A stretch of 64,000 nt of DNA from Collinsella sp. (GTDB lineage: Bacteria; Actinomycetota; Coriobacteriia; Coriobacteriales; Coriobacteriaceae): NCBI GenBank assembly GCA_019419665.1, contig DXZM01000049.1, positions 5,352 to 69,351 on the forward strand, read 5' to 3'. The notes under the pieces are model-generated. The model had not been told where the DNA came from, made no database searches, and saw only the letters and a program-made list of their open reading frames with translations. The first letter of the stretch is position 1, and the number at the start of each line of letters is the position of its first letter. Positions 44,251 to 52,959 of the stretch are shown piece after piece. The translations under genes and the position numbers were made by a program.

Positions 44251-45876
44251 ATGGACGTCCGTACGGACGGCGATATTGCCGATAGCTTTTGGTGGCGGCG
44301 CACAACGCTGGCGCGCCGCACTCCTCTGTATGACGCCTGCGTATCGGTGGGACTGCTGGTCGCGGCGACGATTGTGGGCGCGCTGCTCGACCATCCGGGT
44401 CTCGCGCCGAGCATCATGATCGTCTATGTGTTCGCCGTTCAGCTGTGCGCATTCTTTACCTGGAGTCGCCTGTATTGCTTGCTGAGCTCGGCTGCCGCCG
44501 TGGCGCTCTACAACTTCTTGTTTGTCGACCCGCGCTACTCGCTGTCGTTTATCGACCGCGGCTATCCCGGCATGTTCTTCATCATGTTTGTGGTCTCGCT
44601 TGTGTCGAGCTCGATTGCCTTGGCCCTGCGTCGCGCTTTGGCACAGGCTGCCGCCAGCGACCGCCGCACGCATATGGTGCTCGAGACCAATCGCATGTTG
44701 CAGCGCTGCGCCGACGAGCAGCAGATCGTTCACGCCATGGCCACGCAGCTGGCGCGTCTTTCGGGCTGTCCGGTCGTGTGGTACAGCGCCGACGCCGAGG
44801 GCGATGACCTGCTGCCGCGTGCGACATACACGGCCGTGGGCGATGCCGCGCCGGTGCACGAGCTGGCGCCGCAGATGCCACCGCGGCTCTCGGCGTCCGC
44901 CTATGTGGGAACGCCGCTCGATGCTACGTTCGGCGGCTCGGCGTTTTATGGCATCTACCTGACGGTTCGCACAGGCGACGGCTTCGCGCGCTCGGGCGAC
45001 CCCGCCTCGGTGGTGGGCGTGCTGGCTATCGTTGCCGAGCCCGACGTGCTGACGCACGAGGAGCGGACACTTGCCGATGCCATCGTGAGCGAAGGCGAGC
45101 TGGCACTCGATCGCGCCCGCGCCATGGAGGCCCGCGAGGAGGCGGCGGTGCTCGCCAAAAACGAGCAGCTGCGCGCCAACCTGCTGCGTTCCATCTCGCA
45201 CGACCTGCGCACACCGCTCACCAGTATTTCGGGTAATGCCGACGTGCTGCTCGACCAGGGCTCGACCGGCACCGCCGTGCTCGACGCCCAGACGCGCCGC
45301 GGCCTGCTCCTGTCCATTCGCTCGGATGCGCAATGGCTCAACGCTACCGTCGAGAACCTGCTTGCCATCACCAAGCTCGAGGGCGACGGTATGCATCTGT
45401 CGACTACGCTCGAGCTTATGGACGATATCGTCGAGGAGGCACTGCGCCACGTGAACCCTGCCGTGCGCGAGCACGACCTTAAGGTGGTGCCGTGCGATGA
45501 GCCGGCGCTCGTTAACGTCGATGCGCGCCTGATGGTGCAGCTGGTGGTCAATCTGGTGAACAACGCCGTCACCTATACGCCCGCAGGCTCGCATATCGTG
45601 ATTTCGATTGGCGTCGACGATGGACGCGTAGCGTGCTCGGTGGCCGATGACGGCCCGGGCATTGCGCCCGAGGACCGCGAGCGGATCTTTGAGTCGTTCT
45701 ACACCGCCAACCACGGTCTTGCCGACAGCCATCGCAGCGTGGGCCTGGGTCTTTCGCTCTGCCGCTCCATTGCGCTGGCGCATGGCGGTAGCATAGAGGT
45801 TGCCGCGGCGGACCCGCACGGCTCGGTCTTTACGATTGAGCTTCCCGTCGCCGACGTTTCGTTTGATAAGGAGTAG
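44251..45876 (+). CDS. kdpD: KdpD-like sensor histidine kinase lacking the N-terminal KdpD/Usp sensor module
   Basis: 541 aa. It begins directly with the four-TM DUF4118-type segment, then a GAF-like region. HisKA LRANLLRSISHDLRTPLTSISGNAD and an HATPase domain (DDGPGI, GLGLSLC) follow. Confidence 0.8.
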   Translation: MDVRTDGDIADSFWWRRTTLARRTPLYDACVSVGLLVAATIVGALLDHPGLAPSIMIVYVFAVQLCAFFTWSRLYCLLSSAAAVALYNFLFVDPRYSLSFIDRGYPGMFFIMFVVSLVSSSIALALRRALAQAAASDRRTHMVLETNRMLQRCADEQQIVHAMATQLARLSGCPVVWYSADAEGDDLLPRATYTAVGDAAPVHELAPQMPPRLSASAYVGTPLDATFGGSAFYGIYLTVRTGDGFARSGDPASVVGVLAIVAEPDVLTHEERTLADAIVSEGELALDRARAMEAREEAAVLAKNEQLRANLLRSISHDLRTPLTSISGNADVLLDQGSTGTAVLDAQTRRGLLLSIRSDAQWLNATVENLLAITKLEGDGMHLSTTLELMDDIVEEALRHVNPAVREHDLKVVPCDEPALVNVDARLMVQLVVNLVNNAVTYTPAGSHIVISIGVDDGRVACSVADDGPGIAPEDRERIFESFYTANHGLADSHRSVGLGLSLCRSIALAHGGSIEVAAADPHGSVFTIELPVADVSFDKE

Positions 45877-45880
45877 CGCT

Positions 45881-46594
45881 GTGCCGAACTCTGCCGTAAA
45901 ACCGCTCATCTTGGTCGTTGAGGACGATCCCGCCGTCCGCAACCTTATTGTTGCCGCGCTCGAGGCGCACGGCTTGCGTCATATGGCCGTGGAGACCGCC
46001 CATGCCGCCATCGCCGCCGCCTCATCGCAGGCACCGAGCATCGTGCTGCTCGATCTGGGCCTGCCCGATATGGACGGCGTCAAGGTGGTGGAGTCGGTGC
46101 GCGCATGGTCGGGCATGCCGATCATCGTGGTCTCGGCGCGCAGCGAGGACGCGGACAAGATTCGCGCGCTCGATGCCGGCGCCGATGACTACCTGACCAA
46201 GCCGTTTTCGGTCGAGGAACTGCTTGCACGCATTCGCACGACGCTCAGGCGCCTTTCGTATGCGCAAACGGGTGGTGTTGCCTCCGAGGGCTCGTTCGAT
46301 ACCGGTGAGCTGCATATCGACTTTGATGCCGGCATTGCCACGATGGATGGCGAGGAGCTGCATCTGACGCCGATTGAGTACAAGCTCTTGTGCCTGCTGG
46401 CACATAACGCCGACAAGGTACTAACGCACCAGTTTATCCTGCACGAGATTTGGGGCACGGCAACTAAGAGCGACCTGGCGAGCCTGCGCGTCTTTATGGG
46501 CACGCTGCGCAAGAAGATCGAGTCCGACCCCGCGCACCCGCGCTATATCCAGACGCACGTGGGTATTGGTTACCGATTGGTCATCCAGGGATAG
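45881..46594 (+). CDS. kdpE: OmpR-family response regulator KdpE
   Basis: LILVVEDD...LLDLGLPDMDG...IIVVSARSEDADKIRALDAGADDYLTKPF closely follows the KdpE receiver pattern. The winged-helix C-terminus is present. GTG start follows TAAGGAG. Confidence 0.88.
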   Translation: MPNSAVKPLILVVEDDPAVRNLIVAALEAHGLRHMAVETAHAAIAAASSQAPSIVLLDLGLPDMDGVKVVESVRAWSGMPIIVVSARSEDADKIRALDAGADDYLTKPFSVEELLARIRTTLRRLSYAQTGGVASEGSFDTGELHIDFDAGIATMDGEELHLTPIEYKLLCLLAHNADKVLTHQFILHEIWGTATKSDLASLRVFMGTLRKKIESDPAHPRYIQTHVGIGYRLVIQG

Positions 46595-46619
46595 GTCGGC
46601 ATCCGCCATCCCAATATGA

Positions 46620-47986
46620 GTTGCGGTGAAATACGGTCTAAATTTACCTAATTCCAGGCAAAAAGGGGTGCGGACGATTTCTTGGACCGCGCCTAGGCGT
46701 ATCCAAGCTTCCTGCGGTACTCCATCGGGCTCAGCCACTCGAGGGACTTCTTGATGCGCCCGTCCCGATAGTACACGAGGTAGGCCTCGAGCCTTCCCAT
46801 GAACTCCTCGGCCGTCACGCCCTCCCAGTCCCTGTAGCGGAAGAACTCGTTCTTGAGGCGCCCGAAGAAGCCCTCGCAGGCCGAGTTGTCCGGGCTGCAG
46901 CCCTTCGCGGACATGCTCCTGACCAGGCCGTTCTCCTCGCAGATCCCGATCCACTCCGGCCAGCGGTAGTGGCCGCCCCGGTCCGAGTGGATCGTCGTGC
47001 GCGCGCCCGCCGGCCTCGCCGCGCAGGCCTTGAGCAGGCTCGAGTTCGCGAGGCGCTTGTCGGGGTGCAGCCCGATCGACCAGGCGACGGGCATCCCGCC
47101 GAAGCAGTCGATGACCGGGCTCAGGTAGACCTTCTCGCCGCCCGGGAGCCTGAACTCGGTGATGTCGGTGAGCCACAGCCGGTTGGGCTCGTCGGCGTGG
47201 AAATTCCTGTTCACGAGGTTCTCCGGCGCCTTGGAGACCTCGCCGGCGTAGGAGCTGTAGCCCCGGGCGCGCCTCCTGTTGTAGACGACCTCGAGGCCCT
47301 CCTCGCGCATCACGCGGGCCACGCGCTTCTCGCTGGCGCGGACGCCCTCGCGGCGCAGGCGCGCCCAGACGGTGCGGTACCCCCAGCACCCCGAGCCCTC
47401 GCGGAAGATGCGCACCACGCGGTCGCGTATGTCGGCGTCGCGGTCGCGCGGCGCGGCGACGCGGGGCCTCCAGTACTCATAGGAGCTCTTCGATATCCTC
47501 AAGAAACCTGTGATCGAGCGGAGGGGCAGGGCGGTCGCCCGCCTCAATCTCTCGCCGAGCTCGCACTTGCTCCTGTTCGAGATCGAAGCCGGGTCCCACC
47601 CTTCCGCTTTTAGGTCGGCCAACACCGCCCTGAGCAGCAGGTTCTCTATCTGGTCCTCGTTGAGTCCGGCGAGCGGGCCGGTCGCGGGCGGGGCGTAGGT
47701 CGACTTGTCGGGGCCCAAGCTGGCCTCCTTCCGTGGCGGTTTCCTCGCCACGATTCTACAGCCCCCGCCGGTGTAGCTGCGCGGGAGGTGCCCCGTCGCC
47801 CACTTCTTGGCCGCGCTCACCGTGACCCCCGCGAACTCCGCGGCGGCGGTGGGCCCCATGCCGTCCTCCGTCGCCAGGAGGAAGAGCTCGACCTTCTCCC
47901 TGCTGTACATGCGAACCTCCAGTCCGGACCGCCCCGCGGTCCAACTTTCTGTCCGCACCCCCAAACAGTCCGTATTCCACCGCAAC
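46620..47986 (-). mobile_element. IS3-family insertion sequence, apparently complete (about 1.37 kb)
   Basis: The terminal inverted repeats are GTTGCGGTGAAATACGGTCT at 46620 and the reverse complement of GTTGCGGTGGAATACGGACT, ending at 47986. Subterminal blocks GGGGTGCGGAC and TTGGACCGCG are also conserved. The element encloses a DDE transposase and looks more GC-rich than its flanks. No clear target-site duplication. Confidence 0.85.
46693..47910 (-). CDS. IS3-family transposase (OrfA-OrfB encoded as one continuous frame)
   Basis: N-terminal HTH region, then an rve/DDE domain (LWLTDITEF, IHSDRGGHY, DNSACEGFFGRLKNEFF). No frameshift is needed. Start taken at MYSREK. Confidence 0.88.
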   Translation of the reverse strand: MYSREKVELFLLATEDGMGPTAAAEFAGVTVSAAKKWATGHLPRSYTGGGCRIVARKPPRKEASLGPDKSTYAPPATGPLAGLNEDQIENLLLRAVLADLKAEGWDPASISNRSKCELGERLRRATALPLRSITGFLRISKSSYEYWRPRVAAPRDRDADIRDRVVRIFREGSGCWGYRTVWARLRREGVRASEKRVARVMREEGLEVVYNRRRARGYSSYAGEVSKAPENLVNRNFHADEPNRLWLTDITEFRLPGGEKVYLSPVIDCFGGMPVAWSIGLHPDKRLANSSLLKACAARPAGARTTIHSDRGGHYRWPEWIGICEENGLVRSMSAKGCSPDNSACEGFFGRLKNEFFRYRDWEGVTAEEFMGRLEAYLVYYRDGRIKKSLEWLSPMEYRRKLGYA

Positions 47987-47991
47987 GTTGT

Positions 47992-50577
47992 CTATTTATC
48001 CTTGGGCTTGCTGGCGTAGAACTTCTTCTTTTTGGACTTGCCGGCAGGGGAGGGTTTGCCAGCAAAGTTGGACTTGCCGTTGCCGTGCGGCCCCTGGTCG
48101 CCTGCCTGCGCGTGCGCGGGCGCTGCCGCGCGAGGCTTGCGGGCCTCGGGGTTGCGCAGCTCCTCGGTTCGCTCGGCAATCTCCTCGGCGCTAAAGCCGA
48201 CCTCGGCCATGGCGTCCTCGATGGGCAGGCGGCGCACGATATAGCAGTGGTGCACCTTCTGGTTGCGTGCGAAGTCCTCGGGGATGGTCTGCGCCGTAAT
48301 GTCCTGTAGCACCACGCCCGCGCGTGCGAGCTTGCGCGTCTCGGGACGGAAGCCGCGCAGGTTGCAGCTAAAGATGGCATGGCCGCCCTGTGCGAGCAGG
48401 CGCGACACGCCGGCCAAAAGCTCAACATGGTCACGCTGGACATCCCAGGTGCGACGGCCCATCTTGGACGAGTTCGAGAACGTGGGCGGGTCGACAAAGA
48501 TCAGGTCCCAGCGGTTGCGCGTCTGGCGCTGGTCACGAATCCAGGCAAGCACGTCATCGCGCACAAAGTGATGCTGCGGCCCCACAAAGCCGTTCTGACG
48601 CATATTGCGCTCGGCCCAGTCCAGGTAGGTGTTCGAGAGGTCGACCGTCACGGTCTCCTCGACGCCGCCATCGGCTGCGTAGCAGGTGGCAGTGCCGGTG
48701 TAGGCGAACAGGTTGAGGAAGCGGCGCGCCTGCTTGGCATGTTCGCGCACCAGGTTGCGGGTGACGCGGTGATCCAGGAAGATGCCCACATCCAGATAGT
48801 CGTCAAAGTTGACGGCAAAGGTAAGGCCGCCCTCTTCGATGAGCGGCAGACGGCGACGTGCGATGTTAGCGCGCTCGCTCGAGCCGCCCTTGCCGGCGCC
48901 CTGCTTGCCGTACTGCGAGCCGCCGCGTGAGCGCATGCGGGCCTTGGCGTGCACGTGCTCGGCCGGAACATCCAGGATGCGCGGTGCGATGGCCAAGATG
49001 TCGAGCATGCGGGCCTGGGCCAGTGCGGGGTCGATGGTCTTGGGCGCGGCGTATTCGGCGATGACGAGCCAGCGGCCCGGCGTCTGCGGACAGCCCTCGT
49101 ACAGGTCGATGGCGGCGGAGTAATCGGGTAGGTCGGCATCGTAGACGCGGTAGCAGCTCACGCCCTCGCGCTTGGCCCACTTGCGACGCAGGCGGGCGTT
49201 CTTGCGCAGACGGTTGGCGAACTGCTCCGACTCGGGGATGAGCACGGGCAGCGGCTTGCCGTCGCCCAGGTCGAGCGTGGCGGCAGGTTCGGGCATGGGG
49301 GTGTTGGCGGCGTTGTCGTTGACTTCGTTGGCATCCGCAACCTCGGCCTCGGCATCCGCACTGGTCGAAGCCTCAAACGCCGCGGCGGCGTGGTCGAGCG
49401 AGGGCCAAACCTCAATAGTTGCCTCCTCGTTATTGGGCATGACGGCGATCGAGCGCTCGGGCTCGGCGTGGAGCGCGCGGGCCAGCAATCCGTCGCGGGT
49501 GAGCGCGGCGACCGGCGCCGCGGCAAGCTCGGGCGCGCGGCGCAGCTCGCCGACCAGCGTCATGGCGTCGTGCATGAGCGAAAGCGGTGTCTCGGTCGTA
49601 TCTGCGACCACGGCGGCACCGGCGACGGTGCCCGCGTGGTCCAGCACGGTGGCGGACTTGGCGGCGCAAAAATCGACAAAGCGCTTGTAGCCGGCGCACT
49701 TGACCATGCACTCAGCGGTCTTGCGGGCGGCGGGGTCAACATCCACGGCCACGATGCGTGCCTGGCGCTCGCGTGCTGCCGCCTCGCGCTCGCGTGCCTC
49801 GGCAAGCAGCTGCTCCCACAGAGCGGCGTCGTGCAGCTGCCAGCCCTCAAAGCCCCAGCGCTCGCGTGCGGCGCCCGGGGCGCGGTCAGTCAGAATGTTC
49901 ACGGCCTCCAGCAGCAGGCCGCCGCCGGCGCACGAGGCATCGACCAGCGTGGGCAGGGCCTCGTTCTCGTAGTCGTCGGCCGTCAGCTCGCGCTCGCACA
50001 GTGCGGTCCAGCCGACCTGCGCCAGCACCAGGGCGGCGTAGTCGGGGCGCAGCACGTGCGCGCCCTCGCCGGCGCGGGTCGCTGCGGGCGGCAGGCGTTT
50101 GAACAGCGGGTCGCCTGAAAGGTCCAGGCTGATGCTCGCGCGGCGCTGGCGCAGCGAAAGCAGCAGGTGAACGTCGGGGTCGGCAGCATCGACGTCGGCG
50201 CGACGGCCCGTGGTCTCGGCCAGACGGTCGCACAGCGCGTCTTTGGCGCGCAGGGCCGAGAAGCGCGTGTTGCGCAGCTGCTCGGTCACGCCGCGGGCTG
50301 TGATGGCGATGGTGGCGCCGGGGCGGACGATGCTCTCCCAGGCAATGTCGTAAACGCCGTCGTACAACTCATCGGCATCCTGCGCCTCAAAGCGCCCGAG
50401 CACCACAAACACGCGGCTGGCCAGGCGCGACCACAGGCAGGCGCGGTAGCCTTCTTCGAGCTCGCCCTCAAACGTAGCGCGGCCCTTCAGGCGGCGGACA
50501 TGCGAAAGCCCGAGGCGTTTAAGCTCATCGGCGAGTGCGGACTCAAAGCCCTCGGGGCAGCTTGCGTAAAATTCCAT
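47992..50577 (-). CDS. rlmL: Bifunctional 23S rRNA methyltransferase RlmKL-like (THUMP + two SAM-MTase domains) with insert and Lys-rich tail
   Basis: N-terminus MEFYASCPEGFESALADELKRLGL... (THUMP architecture). The C-terminal MTase carries FVDPPTFSNS. At 861 aa it is longer than typical, and it ends in GKSKKKKFYASKPKDK. Confidence 0.8.
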   Translation of the reverse strand: MEFYASCPEGFESALADELKRLGLSHVRRLKGRATFEGELEEGYRACLWSRLASRVFVVLGRFEAQDADELYDGVYDIAWESIVRPGATIAITARGVTEQLRNTRFSALRAKDALCDRLAETTGRRADVDAADPDVHLLLSLRQRRASISLDLSGDPLFKRLPPAATRAGEGAHVLRPDYAALVLAQVGWTALCERELTADDYENEALPTLVDASCAGGGLLLEAVNILTDRAPGAARERWGFEGWQLHDAALWEQLLAEAREREAAARERQARIVAVDVDPAARKTAECMVKCAGYKRFVDFCAAKSATVLDHAGTVAGAAVVADTTETPLSLMHDAMTLVGELRRAPELAAAPVAALTRDGLLARALHAEPERSIAVMPNNEEATIEVWPSLDHAAAAFEASTSADAEAEVADANEVNDNAANTPMPEPAATLDLGDGKPLPVLIPESEQFANRLRKNARLRRKWAKREGVSCYRVYDADLPDYSAAIDLYEGCPQTPGRWLVIAEYAAPKTIDPALAQARMLDILAIAPRILDVPAEHVHAKARMRSRGGSQYGKQGAGKGGSSERANIARRRLPLIEEGGLTFAVNFDDYLDVGIFLDHRVTRNLVREHAKQARRFLNLFAYTGTATCYAADGGVEETVTVDLSNTYLDWAERNMRQNGFVGPQHHFVRDDVLAWIRDQRQTRNRWDLIFVDPPTFSNSSKMGRRTWDVQRDHVELLAGVSRLLAQGGHAIFSCNLRGFRPETRKLARAGVVLQDITAQTIPEDFARNQKVHHCYIVRRLPIEDAMAEVGFSAEEIAERTEELRNPEARKPRAAAPAHAQAGDQGPHGNGKSNFAGKPSPAGKSKKKKFYASKPKDK

Positions 50578-50652
50578 GGGTGACCTCTCTGGTTGCGTCG
50601 CTCCATTATATGATGGATGCTTCGTTTGCCCTCATCCTCGAAAGGAACCCAT

Positions 50653-51480
50653 ATGATTGATGCGTGCCCCGAATCCGCTGTGCTCTTTTTTGACGTGGAC
50701 GGCACGCTGACGTCGTTCGATCCCGACGATATGACCGACAAGGACTTCAGTGCAATCCATCCGTCGAAGGCTGTTGTCGATGCATTTGGTCGCCTGCGCA
50801 ATGCGGGTCACCAGGCATTTATCTGCACGGGTCGTCCCTTGTGGCTGATTGCCGATGGCCTGCGCGCGCTGAACCCCGCGGGCATCGTTGCCATGGCGGG
50901 GGCCACGCTCGAGGTCGAGGGGCGCGTGGTGCATGAGGACTGCTTTGACGAGGACGTTGTCGTGGAGCTCGCACGTCGCATTACTGTGGCGGGCGGCGAG
51001 GCGTTGTTCGAGACGAACGGTGCCACCTATTCACTTGAGCCAGTTGGTGTTGAACAGTCATTTCTGCTAGGCGCCGGCGTGGTGCATGGCGTTGATCAGA
51101 TGCGCGTCGATGGCCGCTTGTGCGTAGGCAAGGTGTGCATTAACGCGAGCGATCTGGCCCGCATAGCCAACGACGATGGCTTTATCGATCGCGAGTTTGA
51201 GCTGTGCAACACCGGTGGTCAGAATCGCGAGCTGAGCCCCAAGGGCATTGACAAGGGCGTGGGCGTGGCGCGAGCGCTGGCGTACCTGGGCCGCGAGGGA
51301 AATGCGCGCACCTTTGGCTTTGGCGATTCGGGCAACGACCTGGGCATGCTCGCTGCCGTCGAGACGGCTGTCGCCATGGGCAACGCCATGCCCGAGGTCA
51401 AGGCGCTCGCCGACTACGTGACCGACGACGTCGCGCACGATGGCACCGTCACAGCGATGCAGCATTTCGGCCTCATCTAA
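50653..51480 (+). CDS. Cof-type HAD-IIB family hydrolase
   Basis: FFDVDGTL motif I, the GDSGNDLGML motif, and a cap-domain length typical of Cof phosphatases. Confidence 0.8.
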   Translation: MIDACPESAVLFFDVDGTLTSFDPDDMTDKDFSAIHPSKAVVDAFGRLRNAGHQAFICTGRPLWLIADGLRALNPAGIVAMAGATLEVEGRVVHEDCFDEDVVVELARRITVAGGEALFETNGATYSLEPVGVEQSFLLGAGVVHGVDQMRVDGRLCVGKVCINASDLARIANDDGFIDREFELCNTGGQNRELSPKGIDKGVGVARALAYLGREGNARTFGFGDSGNDLGMLAAVETAVAMGNAMPEVKALADYVTDDVAHDGTVTAMQHFGLI

Positions 51481-51673
51481 TGAATCCCGCGTTCTGACGT
51501 TTGCTCAAACTGCGACTCTTTGCTTTTGCATGCTCAATCGGTTTATCAATCCAAACACTGAGGTGTTTATACCGTTCGCCGAGAAGATAAAAAACCGCAG
51601 TTCACGCCTTGATAAACGTAGGTAAAGTGTTTAGCAGTTTATTGGCCGTATGCTAACGAAAGGAATCAGGCAG

Positions 51674-52378
51674 ATGGCAATCAAGGTGTTCGCTGACGGT
51701 GCAAACCTCGAGGGCATGCTCGACATGTACGAGAACGGCAACGTTCAGGGTTTCACGACCAACCCGTCCCTGATGAAGAAGGGCGGCGTGACGGATTACC
51801 GCGCGTTTGCCAAGGAGGTCCTGGCCCACATCACCGATGTGTCCGTCTCGTTTGAGGTCTTTGCCGACGACGTCGAGACCATGGAGGTCGAGGCCCGCGA
51901 GATCGCTACCTGGGCAGATAACGTCTACGTCAAGATTCCGTGCGTGACCACCAAGGGTGAGTCCACCGCCGAGCTGGTGCGTAAGCTTTCGGCCGACGGC
52001 ATCAAGGTCAACGTCACCACCATCTTTACCCCCGAGCAGGTCGACGAGATGGTCGAGGCCGTTGACGCCGAGACGCCGTCTATCATCTCGCTCTTTGCCG
52101 GCCGCATCGCCGACACCGGCGTCGATCCCATTCCGTTTATGACGGAGTCGGTTAAGAAGGCCGCCGCCAAGCCCAACTGCGAGGTCCTGTGGGCGTCCAC
52201 GCGCGAGCTCATCAATATTTACCAGGCCGAGGCCTGCGGTTGCCAGATCATCACGGTGCCCAACAGCATCCTGGCCAAGCGCAAGAACATCGGTCGCGAC
52301 CCGTACGAGGTCTCGCTCGACACCGTTCGCGGTTTCGCCAAGGATATCGCCGCTTTGGGCTTCCATATTCTGCCGTAA
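51674..52378 (+). CDS. Transaldolase-family protein (short form)
   Basis: Contains FTTNPSLMKKGG and VYVKIPC (Schiff-base Lys context). About 234 aa. It is the second Tal/Fsa paralogue in the window. Confidence 0.8.
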   Translation: MAIKVFADGANLEGMLDMYENGNVQGFTTNPSLMKKGGVTDYRAFAKEVLAHITDVSVSFEVFADDVETMEVEAREIATWADNVYVKIPCVTTKGESTAELVRKLSADGIKVNVTTIFTPEQVDEMVEAVDAETPSIISLFAGRIADTGVDPIPFMTESVKKAAAKPNCEVLWASTRELINIYQAEACGCQIITVPNSILAKRKNIGRDPYEVSLDTVRGFAKDIAALGFHILP

Positions 52379-52408
52379 CGCGAACACTGGCTGCGCCGCG
52401 GGTTGTTC

Positions 52409-52480
52409 GCCCCGGCCTTTCCTTTCCCTATCGCTCACGCGCTTCGCGAGGGTCGCGCTAGGCAAAGGAAAGGCCGGGGC
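52409..52480 (+). other. GC-rich long hairpin downstream of the transaldolase gene
   Basis: GCCCCGGCCTTTCCTTTCC pairs with GGCAAAGGAAAGGCCGGGGC (17-18 bp) around a 36-nt spacer. There is no T-tract. It shares the CCTTTCC/GGAAAGG core with the 28684 hairpin. Confidence 0.5.
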
Positions 52481-52552
52481 TGCCGACACGAGCTTGCCGG
52501 TAGGTTGGTGATTGGCTTCTATATCCTGCCGCGGACAAAGGTACCCCCGCCT

Positions 52553-52731
52553 GCGCCGTGCAAAATTGAGAGTATTCAGCAAGGTAAAGGCTTTCACCAG
52601 CTAGCTGAAGCACGGAACGGCCCCCCGTTTTGTCTCTAAAAACGCTAAAACGGGGGCTGTTTCTTACTTTTTCGTCTCTGAGGGGCATCCGGAACGGTGG
52701 AATTTGCAGAATACTCGCGATTTTGCACGTC
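52553..52731 (-). mobile_element. TIR-flanked repeat (about 180 bp), copy B
   Basis: The reverse complement begins GACGTGCAAAATCGCGAGTATTCTGCAA and ends GCTGAATACTCTCAATTTTGCACGGCGC. It contains the inner hairpin GGCCCCCCGTTTT...AAAACGGGGGCT. Confidence 0.6.
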
Positions 52732-52959
52732 GCGAGAGGGAGGACCCTTGCTTTGGCGGTTTACTCGCGCCGCACGAGTCCAGGTCGGTGCTGTCTCTTT
52801 GATGGGGCGGCGCCTTTTTGTTGTCGACGGGAAGGGGGGGTGCGACGCAAGCGGGGCGACGCTCGCACGGATATCTTCGCCTTTGGGACATGTTGCGCAA
52901 CAAGTTTGGTTGCCTTGGGCCTAGCCTTAACGTGTGAAAAGCGAAAGGAAGGAGACCCC

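Noticed and set aside
46421-47389. 322-aa ORF overlapping the IS3 transposase in another frame.
   Set aside because: Its translation is an Arg/Pro/Gly-rich shadow of the very GC-rich transposase gene. The transposase frame carries the DDE motifs.
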